64,000 bases of DNA from Octopus sinensis (Eukaryota). Location: the NCBI RefSeq assembly GCF_006345805.1, contig NC_042997.1, forward strand, positions 4,960,001-5,024,000, given 5' to 3'. Both the position numbers and the translations under genes were made by a program. Of the stretch, positions 26,604 to 37,325 are shown in pieces. Position 1 is the stretch's first letter. Each line of letters opens with the position of its first letter. The notes under the pieces were generated by a model that saw nothing but the letters and a program-made list of their open reading frames with translations, was not told where the DNA came from and made no database searches.

Positions 26604-27969
26604 AGATATGGATGTTTTGAAATTACCTGCCATTCATGCATTTGAAATTCGTCGGTGGAATACACCAGAAGAATTCAATAAAAAGTTTCGCATCAGTTGT
26701 GTAGAATCTATAATGATGTACTGTACATATCATGAATAAGAGAATTAGTTTACTTTCCCAGAACAGAATGGTATCGATTTAAACCTCTATACTTTTGCAA
26801 CATTATTTGTAGCGAAGTAGAGACATGGGTCTTATTTTCATTGACATGTTTGTTATGCTGTCGTTAGTTTAATTTACAATGTCAGAATGTTGTATGAAAC
26901 ATAATTCCTTGGGGATTTTATGCCACCACATATTAGTGATTCTTCGTATCTGCCAAATAAATGTTGTGCCAACGTTCGTAACTATGCATTAATATATATT
27001 CTACACTGTTAACATTTCTTACTAATATCATAGATATAGTGTTGATAGAATAACACAAATATTTGTTATTAGAAAGCTGGTATGCAAATATTACCAATGC
27101 AGAAAGAAGCTATCATATCTCTGCTATCTAGTGCATGTGTAGTTAAGTTTCACATAAAAAGTTAAACATTGTAATCAACCACTTCCATCAAATAATCTGA
27201 CAAAAATTACTCAAGTAATATTTATAACACATCTATCACGGTATAGGAAAAAAGGACACTATTACGTTATTCATCTTTAGAAATTTCGAAATAAATTATG
27301 TACATATGTATTTTTAGAATGAAAAGATAATCTAATATTTATGAGGTGTTATGTTTGTACACTAGGATATATCCATGTATATACGTACATTAAACTAGCC
27401 ATAATATCTATGGACTATGAATCAAACTGATTATTGATGGAATATTTCTAACAATATTATAATTAGAAAATATATAGCCACTGTTCTGATGAAAGGGGTT
27501 GAATATATAATCCGTTCCTAAATTATTATATCTATATTTTTATCAAATTCATGATTGTATTATTATCAAAATATATTTTTTTCAATTTTCAAATGCTACT
27601 TCTAAATGCCTCCAGATTCTACTATTATACAATTGCATACTAATATACAAACAATAATTTGGAAAACTGAAAAATCATTATTTTTAGGTAATGGAAAATA
27701 TTATCAAAAAATATGTTAGTTTTGTTTTACAATTAGATGTGATGGAATGAAGAAGACACATCATTGATGATTAGGAATCAAGTAGAAGTGATCAAAACCT
27801 ACGTTCACATTCTTTTCAAGAACGTCATTGTATTTCAAATTTTGATATTAATTTCATTATATCTCTTTAAAGTGAGTCGATATATTTGTTGCACACTCTC
27901 ACACACCTATATGAATGTTATATGTATGGACATATATGCATATATAAGTGCGTGTCTGTATATATATAT

Positions 27970-28114
27970 ATACTTTATTTAAAGCAGCAGAAAACTCAAT
28001 GAAACCTGTTACTCCGAGTTTCCCGTTGCCGTTCATCGGACTGTCCGATGAACGGCAACGGGAAACTCAGAGTAACAGTTTTGTTGAATTTTCTGCTGCT
28101 TTAAATAAAGCATA
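27970..28114. repeat. Near-perfect 72-bp-arm palindrome (1-nt centre at 28042) containing an HHR-like motif in each arm
   Basis: ...CCGTTGCCGTTCATCGGAC T GTCCGATGAACGGCAACGG... Symmetry extends to TTTATTTAAAGCAGCAG / CTGCTGCTTTAAATAAA. Confidence 0.95.
28041..28078 (+). ncRNA. Minimal type I hammerhead-like motif (U4C core variant)
   Basis: CTGT CCGATGA A CG-GCAA-CG G GAAA CT-CAG-AG T A ACAG. Stem I CTGT/ACAG, GNRA-capped 2-bp stem II, stem III ACT/AGT, GUA site. Confidence 0.65.
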
Positions 28115-28179
28115 TTACTCTACCACTGGTATTTGAGTACTCTTCTTTTCACCTTGTTTCACATTTATGTGTTCACTGC

Positions 28180-28247
<68 letters not shown>

Positions 28248-28260
28248 TATATATAAATAA

Positions 28261-28302
<42 letters not shown>

Positions 28303-28419
28303 CGTATACATGTGTATATATACATACGAACTCTAACGCGCACAGACACACACTCATACGAACACACACAAGCACATATATATATAGAGAGAAAGAGAGG
28401 GGATAAAAAGAAATGTGTG

Positions 28420-29005
28420 AGTACATAAGAAAAGACGCAGAAAATTATACTAGAATGACTTTGGGGGAATTCATGCTGAGGCTGTGGGTGGAAGACAGAG
28501 TACCACATTGTTTTAATGTAGCCAAAAGGGCCACATTAGAGCATAATGCTCTCTACAGAGGTCAATGGCTGAGGATTGAGTTGTGGGGACGGAAGAGAGA
28601 AGAGAGGAAGAAAAGACAGACGGAGGAAAGGAGAAAAAGGAGAAATAATGGAAAGTTACAGAGAGGAGGAGAAAGAGGAAAAAAAGAAAAGACACTGATC
28701 ATGATGTGGTACGCCAATCAAACTCAATCACACTCAAGGCACTCAGACCCACCCTCCCTATATAGAAATCAAACCCCACCCACCCCATTTCTCCACATGA
28801 AAATAAAATAAAACCCAAGAACAGACCCCACAGATTTAGAAGACCCCACACGCGGTGAAAAAGGTTACGAATGCATGGCGGATAGAATGATGTCACTAAG
28901 TGATGGAAAATGGGGGAAAAGGATTGTACTGAAGGAGAAAAAGGACTTAGGACCCAGAGGCAGCGAGTGGTGTTACTCAGTGTGGGGTGAGTAACACACT
29001 CTTCA
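28420..29005 (-). mobile_element. Probable decayed PLE pLTR-type repeat
   Basis: Minus strand has a pyrimidine-rich tract and a degenerate HHR-like CTGTAGA GAGC ATTAT GCTC TAAT (~28540-28560). Strong hairpin at 28965-29001. Assignment inferred by analogy with other pLTRs in the window. Confidence 0.35.
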
Positions 29006-29210
29006 TAACATCATTTTCAGATATCATTCATGTTATCATATTTTAATTTGTTCTTCACGTTCATTTTCCTGTATCATTCATCATATCATATTTTATTTTT
29101 ATATTTTTAATTGTTATATGTCCCCACATGTGTTGTAGTGTCCCCCTTTGTGTAATGCTTTTATGGCAATTTAAAAGAAAGAAAGTAGCTTGCTTACTGC
29201 GCATGATGTG

Positions 29211-30545
29211 AGTCAGTGTTGCTTTTGTGCTGAAAGCTGTCAAGTCGTACTTTCGAAGCAGTCTTGAAGTGAAGAACGTTGAAGACGCGACTGGAAGGTA
29301 GGCATCTGTTTTTAGGGTATTAGCGGGGATTTGTTATTTGATATTGTTTTTCTTTTTTCAAATAAAAATCCCCACTGAGACCCGAACATGTGTCTGCCTA
29401 CAGTCGTGCTAAATGACTCACTTAGTTGTGAGATTTGTTGTTTTGGGAGGCATCTCACCTCCCAAAAAAATAAAAATTAGGGAATTTTACCGAAATATAT
29501 TTTACCAAAAATTTGGGAAATTCGTATCAATATGTGGTTCTTTCCGGTGGATTACACGAAGCCAGGAGTACTGTCTACCGGAATTGTGCTTTATTTCGAT
29601 GTGTCTTCCTTCTTTCTTCTGTCTTCCTTTTGTTTTGATTTCCAAATTCGCTTTGTATTTGGTTTGAATGCTTTGCTCTCAAACATAGCAAAGAAAGATA
29701 AGGTGTTGGAGTGGGAAATTGCCCCACCCAAACAATGGATAAAAAGTCTTGAGGAAAGGACGGTGGTGCTGCGAACGTACTCCAAGTCGCTCGACACCAT
29801 CGCCTTATTTAAAAGGACGGCCTTAGAGAGAGAGATTTGGCGGAGTATATGCCAACTATAAAACTTATTTCCAGGGATATGCGACGGTGTGGTTGCTAGT
29901 TGACACCCTTAAGTAGAGGCTCGCAATTTTGCAAGTCAGCCCTTAGAGGGCAAGGAAATATTGTTTCTTCCCACGTATTGTGGGAAGAAGTTGACAAGGG
30001 CTTGAGTCTGCGGCTTGACACCCGGGATAGAATCCGAGTGGTTAGGAGACACTATCCGCCGGTGTCTGGGTTGCGGCGGAACCAAGCTCCTCAATGTCAG
30101 AATTTTGCCTGCGGCTGATTGGATGGGGTCAAAAGCGGTTTTGACCATGTGGACCGAATCAGCCAAGAATCTGCTATTCCCAAATTTTCCTAAAATAGCC
30201 TGTTCTAAGTATCCGGTGATTCTTAAGGGACGCCCCCACTCCCCAAGTGTCACCTGTGCCTGGAACCAGGCCATATTAGAAAAAACTATCCCCAGGACCA
30301 AGGTAAGGTCCTGGAGCAGTTAATAAAAGTAATGCCGTCGCTCGTCGATGCGAATTGTTCCAACGACAGAGGAATCTGTGGCCCCTTCCAGTGCGTTGAC
30401 AGATGATTGCGTGATCTTCTTCCATAAACGGGGTGGGGGTTCAGAGCTTCATAATTTATTCCTTCACATTCACCTTACCATAATTAAATTATTATAAATG
30501 ATTGTGACACACGTCCTACCTTGTTTTATTATCATTTTCTTCTAA
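29211..30545 (+). mobile_element. L1/Tx1-like LINE ORF1 remnant (zinc knuckle), no ORF2 visible
   Basis: A frame through 29532-30240 reads ...LFLPTYCGKKLTRA*VCGLTPGIESEWLG...YPVILKGRP. After a frameshift comes CHLCLEPGHIRKNYP (CX2CX4HX4C with last Cys to Tyr) at 30248-30292. Inr-like TCAGT at 29213. Confidence 0.65.
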
Positions 30546-31141
30546 GATATATATATATATACATACCATAATAATATAAAGTAACAAGAAAAGAAAGATA
30601 CCTATATTTTAGATAAATAGAGGATTATTTATATAGGTTATGATTTAGGACAAAATAAAACTTTGTCATTATATTACATGGAGTTTCGAATGTCGAAGCT
30701 ATGAGCTACGTAATATTCTCATAGTGTAATAGCAACTGACGCTATGAAAAACCGTTTAATAAAAGAGAAGTTACTCTAATAGGTAGAAAAAGAACGAAAA
30801 TGATAAATAAAGTACGCAACCACATTCTCACAATACATAGATGTAAACCCCCTGCGTTTATAACATCTACATACATACGCAGAAATAAACATGTGTATGT
30901 ACAAGTATATACAAACGCAGACACATATATGTGTATGTACGTACTCATACATACACACACATATCCACACACACACACACATATGTATGTATGCATGTGG
31001 GCGCAACCTGATCCTCATATAGAGATAGCTATTTACATGCATATGCGCAACATGATACATATATATTTCGACATTTATACATACATTCACACTCAGCCAT
31101 ACATACACATATATACTCACACACATATATGCATATGTATG

Positions 31142-31183
<42 letters not shown>

Positions 31184-31209
31184 TACATACATATATTTGT
31201 ATATACATG

Positions 31210-31530
31210 CATATATGGGCGCCTGACATCGTGGAACGTCAATAACATAAATTAAACATGAAATACGAAATACAACATGGAATACGAACATTTTTTCCCA
31301 ACAGCGAAAGAAACAAACGGAAAATAAGACAAACAACACGAAACAAAGGACTCTTCCTCAGTTGCTGGCTGTTTTTCTACTTCTTATTTGGAGCATTTCA
31401 CAACAAAATACATAACGGTTACTCTCGTAACGCAAATTAAGTAAAATTTGGGATTTTGCGGAGGCTCAAATACGGTAACTAGAACAAGATAGTGAAAACA
31501 GACAGGAAGGAGTACTAAACCTAGACACAT
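31210..31530 (-). repeat. Dispersed repeat family copy (also 45950-46330 minus and 49470-49800 plus), probable PLE 3' region
   Basis: Shared segments GTTTAGG(C/T)TTAG..C.CCTTCCT...GTTACC..TT.GA.CC..C.AAA.TCCCAAATTT and AAA.G.TCGAAATACG..TAGAAAAA. Confidence 0.7.
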
Positions 31531-31997
31531 CCGCACATATACAAATATATGCATATCCGTATAAATGAAGAGGAAGTGTGCATAAAAGTCGCACATGTGC
31601 ACCAGACACAGTCTTGGACTCATATAAATATATAAACACATACACATATACACATATAAAATATATTCAAAGATATACATATACACACACACGTACACAT
31701 TCACACAAAAATGAAAAGGAAAAATGAAATATTTATAATTATATATATATATATACATATATATATTTATAAATATTTATATTTATATACATATGTATAT
31801 ATATATATATAAAACATTGAATATAGAACATATGTATATATATTGATTTATATTATTAAGTATATGTATATATATGTATAGGAGTATGGGTATATGCACT
31901 CATATGTATGTGTATATTATATATTATGGGTATGTACCCACTCTTGTATGAGTGTCACTACTCTGATATTCATATTTAATTTAGTTTGTATTTCATA

Positions 31998-32124
31998 ATC
32001 TCTGAAGAGGCCTTGGGATATTTTTGTAAGTGTCTCATTTACAACTACATATTGACCTATCACACATGGCTAATATGAGCATAATGAGACACACATATCT
32101 GCATGGCCGAAACAGCTGTAAGAT
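31998..32124 (+). ncRNA. Type I hammerhead ribozyme with long structured stem II
   Basis: ATCT CTGAAGA(32002-08) GGCC [92 nt incl. GTGTCTCATT/AATGAGACAC] GGCC GAAA(32109-12) CAGCTGT A AGAT. All core positions canonical; palindromic stem III ACAGCTGT. Confidence 0.85.
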
Positions 32125-32751
32125 GTAGTTTATATTTATATTTGTATTTATTTATATTCCTTTAAACATACTGTACTTATTGTACCATATTACTCTTTCA
32201 TGTACATTAATTTGGTCTATATTATTATTTTTGACCTTAATGTTCATATGTAGTGGTTCAACAAATTATGTGATTGGGTATTATCTGGTAGTTGATCATT
32301 GATTAAGATATGTTTCTCCATTTTCTTATTTTGTATATATATATATATATAATATATATATATATAATAAATAATAGAAAATAATAGAATGTATAACATA
32401 AGAGAAATAGTGTACAGGATCATAGTAAAACTGTGGAAACTAACCGTGATCTTGGGAGGCCCAAAACCGTAAAAGATATTTTGTGACATGTGGACGGGAT
32501 CCAAAGTAGTAACTTCTTGAAATTAGACATGCATCGGCGTCCGAGGATCATTTCTAGATGATCCATCTTTCCATATTACAAAAACAGCACTTACCACTCC
32601 GATTGATATAAGGCTTACACTTGGTTAAGATCTTCTAGTAAATCCTGTAGCTGACACTTACTATGTCTATGTATCCTTTGTTCTTTTCTGTTCTACTTGG
32701 TAGAGTAACTACCCTTTAATTCGTCGGTTTTTCATAGCTTCTGTTGGCATT

Positions 32752-32812
32752 AATAGCCGACGAGAATGTATCGTAACACTTCGCTTCGACATTCGAAACT
32801 CCGAATACTCTA
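32752..32812 (+). ncRNA. Degenerate hammerhead-like motif
   Basis: CCGACGA(32757-63) GAATGT...ACATTC GAAA CTCCGAATA. U4C plus a stem III mismatch. A related, more decayed inverted copy lies at ~30640-30730. Confidence 0.5.
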
Positions 32813-32857
32813 ATGACAAACTTTTACTATTTGTTCTAAATTATAACACACACACAC

Positions 32858-32904
<47 letters not shown>

Positions 32905-34123
32905 ATATATATATATGTGTGTTACAGGAATTGGACAATAACCAAAGGAGAAGAAAAATAAAGGAGAAAGAAAGAAAAAAGAGAAAAAAAGACAGGAGTT
33001 CGATTTGTTCAAGAAATAATAAATGAGGTGGAAAGTAAAATCAAATGTCAAAATAAAATAAAATCAAAAAAGAATCAAAATAGAAAAGAGTAAATATAAG
33101 AAGAAATAAAAACGAAAAAGAATAAAGATAGAGATAAAGATAAGATGGAAGTATTATTCAATGCCTGACCTCTCACCAGGAATAGGCACTTACGGAGATT
33201 AATACTGGCATCCATCTTATCTTTTTTTTTATTTTATTTTTTATTTTGATTTTAATTTGATTTTTTATTTTGATTTTTGATTCTACTTTACTTTCCCTCT
33301 CATTCATTCTTTCCTTCACATATTCCTGTCTTTTCTCTCTTTCTCTTCTCTTTTCTATCCACTCACTGTTTATCTTGATGTCGGTATTTGTCACTCCATA
33401 TACTCACGCAGACTGTTTACACACTAGATAACCACTTCAAGATGAATGCTCCATTGAAAATACGTTTAAAATACAGCCTGGATTATATCTAAGGGCATCC
33501 TGGATTATATAACGGAAGTACGGAACAACATCCATACCCTATCTCTTGGGATACACAGAAAAGATGGGATATCGCCTTACCCTAATTAAATTATTATAAA
33601 TGACGTGAGATACTCGTCTTGCATTGTTTATTTTTGTTGTTTTACTCAAATACATACCTGGTAATACAGATTCCGAATTCCAGCCTTAGCTTTGAACTTA
33701 GAATCTAACGGATTACCAATTAGAGCACTTGCTCAGCGCACCTATTCCTTTAGATCATCAGCAAACTAAATTTTTCATATATTTTTTATATATATATATG
33801 TGTATGTGCGTGTATGTGCGTGTGTATGTGCGTGTTTGTGTGTTTGTGTGTAAGTTGAAAGATAGAATATTTGAACACCTCAAATGTAAGAACTTTATCC
33901 TGAAGGCGGATTTTTGTCTCATTCGACGATGGAGTCAATCTGCACGCATTATTTCGGACCACCGACTCCTAGAAACAGCTGTGAGAAATGTAATACATAT
34001 CCTCAATCCCTTTGATTCGCGATATCATTTCTATTCTGTGTAAGTCCGACGTTTTTGTATGTATATATATATATATATATTATATATATATATATATATA
34101 TATGTATTTTATTTTTTTTAACA

Positions 34124-34991
34124 TACGAGTTCTGAACAGTAAGTATTCGGGCTGTTACCATAGTAACAATGCCAAAGCATACAGAAGAAAGCCGCCAAGC
34201 AAAGTTTGACCTCGAAGGCTGTTGCTCATGCGCCCTGTGTTCTTGCTCTAGCTCACTTCCACTGTTTACAGCAGTGCTTTGAAAGAAGTTGTGTGGTGTG
34301 AGATCGTTGCATTGACCATGACAGAGAAAGTTTTATAGGCGATAATTGATCTGAAGCCTACGCAAGACTGAAGAAAGTGTATGGAGAGGAGTGTATGAGT
34401 CGTATACAAGTGTATGAGTGATTCAGATGTTTACAAGATTGCCGAGAAAAGAATGATTAGTGACGAACATTCTGAGAGACCTGCAACCATTAGAACTGAA
34501 GAAAGCATCACAAATGCGTGTGCAGCTGTGAGCGAGAATCATGGTATCATGATCCGTGAATCGTCAAATGTGCATATTAATTAATGTTCAGTTCAGTCTC
34601 TTATCACTGAAGATTTGGGTATGAGGCTCGTGTCTGACAATTTTTACTAAACTGCTTTCAGCTGACAAAAATATACCCGGATTTCAGTTGCCCAATATCT
34701 TGATTTTGAAAAAGTTTCAAAAGCTCCCCATAGGCCTCTGGGCACGTGTCGCCAAACTTTTGGCAGAATTTGATGCAGATTTTCTGCTAAACTTTCTGTC
34801 ATGTTCAATGCGTCGAATACACACTACACACATTCTTTCCAAATGTTACTGTAAACCACAGATGTAAACAAGAAACTTAAAATTTTGTGAGCACGCCGAA
34901 CAGTGATCAAGGTCATTTTGCACCAAACGCTTATACTCTGCCTATTTTAGCTTCGTTACTATGGCAACAGTTCCTATACTTATCGATCGTA
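34124..34991. mobile_element. Mariner derivative composed of two inward-facing 5' ends
   Basis: TA-flanked TIRs (TACGAG...AAGTATTCGGGCTGTTACCATAGTAAC; inverted GTTACTATGGCAACAG...TCGTA). Plus strand EAYARLKKVYGEECMSRIQVYE. Minus strand ~34715-34800 QKICIKFCQKFGDTCPEAYGELLKLF. Confidence 0.8.
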
Positions 34992-35001
34992 CTTTAGATA
35001 G

Positions 35002-35158
35002 TGTCCTGTCTAACTTGCTTTTCCCCACATTTCATTCTATACCCGCTCGAGTGAAAATCAATTGAGCACTCTTTGGTGTATTCTATGAAGAGAATCAAGT
35101 GATTTTCACTCGAGCAGGCATAGAAGTAGATGTAGGGAAAAGCCACTTAGACAGGGCA
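35002..35158. repeat. Foldback, ~64-bp imperfect arms
   Basis: TGTCCTGTCTAA...GCTCGAGTGAAAATCAATTGA versus TCAAGTGATTTTCACTCGAGC...TTAGACAGGGCA. Confidence 0.85.
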
Positions 35159-35250
35159 ATATATAAATGCGTCTGCTAATACGTTGCATGTACCACGTCC
35201 ACGCTTTATTATTTTTCTCGTGTTTTTCTTCGTTTTTTAGAATTATATAT

Positions 35251-35366
35251 CACCGTGATGACCGTGACCGACCAGGCCATCAGATGATGTTACACATCAC
35301 TGGTCACAATGCGCTTCGCATTGTTTTAGCCTTCAAATGACGCCACCCCGCTGGCTAAGCGAGCAG

Positions 35367-35370
<4 letters not shown>
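35251..35370 (-). mobile_element. 5'-truncated SINE family 2 copy
   Basis: Aligns with 3031-3150 (CACCGTGAT...GCCTTCAAATGACGCCACCCCGCT...GCGAGCAGGCCA). Confidence 0.85.
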
Positions 35371-35403
<33 letters not shown>

Positions 35404-36306
35404 TCACAGACTCACATACATATTTGAACTATCGATTGAACCATGATTATCAGGTTATGTTATGAGCGACCTTTTTTATTTGCATTAATTTGTGAGTATA
35501 TGATTGTATTGTGCAATGCTGAGTATACATATAAATAGATGATCGATATAATTTCTTCATTACTGCATCCGTAGGGAATTAATTCAATTACTTTGCCATT
35601 CATGATACTTATAATTGCTTAATTGATTTGGATCTCATGTAAATCAAAAGTGGTATCTCTGTTAGCATATGACGGCATCCCAAATTTATGGTTTAGACAA
35701 AACATTAGTGCAAGGAATTATAATCATGACAAAAAGCAATATGATTATTGCAATTTTTATTGAAAGTAAACAAATAGCTCGAATATTTGCGTCCATACTA
35801 GGCTAGAGATTTCCACCACATGCTATATAACACCACCTAATAGCAAATTTATGTATGTTAGATTTAATAGGAATCTCATTACAATTTTCTGACGTGATGA
35901 ATTTAGTGACTAGACCTTCCTTTACAGCTGATCACAGCAGTTGATTTGTACCGCTTCTTCGACCTTGTGTGAAAGACGATGCTTATGAATATGAATCTGT
36001 GTTTCTATGCAGTGATGGTAGCGGAAAATTTTCTAATTTTAATGAAATAATGTTTTATCCAAGAAGTTCCGTTTTTTTGTGACGAAGTTTTAGTTAAATG
36101 TACACTCCTAAGGTGTTTTCTTTATATGCATGTTTATGTGCACGTGCGAGCCTGTGTATTTGTGTGTGTGTATGTGTGAATATCTAAAGTGACTGAACAA
36201 GGTGCTCCAGCAAGGTTGAAGCTTCTAGCTCGAACCAATAACAAGAAAAAAGGTAACACATATAGACGCATGTACCCATAAAGCGCACACGTTACACACA
36301 CACACA

Positions 36307-36373
<67 letters not shown>

Positions 36374-37325
36374 CAACAATCAAGGAACGGCCATAATAGG
36401 CCATTCACCCACTAGAAATAACAGCCAAAGCTTCAACCGCAAATAAAAATCAATTCCGTAAACCAGGAGAAAATTTAAAAAACATTTACCCTGTAATTTC
36501 TTAAATTAAATCAAGCCAATCTTCCATAGGCCCTCAGATTCTTCAGTAAGAAATAACCAAGTCGGAACAGATATTTTCACGAGGCATTTCCGACCCTGCC
36601 AAGGCAATATCTGACCTAAAATTTTCAAATCATCGCACTCGCGCCAAATTTATCGGCAGCAAATAAATATAAGCCGTCGATTCCATTACGGAATTAAACA
36701 GAAAATTCATAATTAATCAATATAGGGTGGCAAAAAAATTTTGTAGAATTTTTTTGCCACCAGCGGCCTAGTGGGAAAAAATTAAATAGTCATAGACCAT
36801 TTTTAAGTTCAACATCAACAATCAAGGAACGGCCATGATAGGCCATTCACCCACTAGAAATAACAGCCAAAGCTTCAACCGCAAATAAAAATCAATTCCG
36901 TAAACCAGGAGAAAATTTAAAAAACATTTACCCTGTAATTTCTTAAATTAAATCAAGCCAATCTTCCATAGGCCCTCAGATTCTTCAGTAAGAAATAGCC
37001 AAGTCGGAACAGATATTTTCACGAGGCATTTCCGACCCTGCCAAGGCAATATCTGACCTAAAATTTTCAAATCATCGCACTCGCGCCAAATTTATCGGCA
37101 GCAAATAAATATAAGCCGTCGTTTCCATTACGGAATTAACCAGAAAATTCATAATTAATCAATATAGGGTGGCAAAAAAATTCTACAAAATTTTTTTGCC
37201 ACCAGCTGCCTAGTGGGAAAAAATTAAATAGTCATAGACCATTTTTAAGTTCAACATCAACAATCAAGGAACGGCCATAATAGGCCATTCACCCACTAGA
37301 AATAACAGCCAAAACTTCAACCGCT
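36374..37325. repeat. 442-bp tandem repeat, ~2.15 copies
   Basis: CAACAATCAAGGAACGGCC recurs at 36374, 36816 and 37258. I count about five substitutions plus a 6-nt loop inversion between the two full units. Confidence 0.97.

Noticed and set aside
25090-26720. Possible RTE 3' fragments (e.g. KKFRISCVESIMMYC at ~26680)
   Set aside because: Only a short, weak resemblance to the FxxCVESxLLYG motif, too little to call without a profile search.
12175-27525. Other partial CTGA(N)GA matches (~12178, ~14558, ~18621, 21814-21836, 27486-27522)
   Set aside because: Each lacks GAAA, a closed stem II or stem I. At best they are decayed remnants, and some may be chance matches.
36490-36710. Hammerhead in the 442-bp tandem unit (CTGAAGA on minus strand; CTG(G/T)TTA..GGAAACG)
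   Set aside because: No arrangement gives a closed stem II immediately followed by GAAA and a valid stem III.
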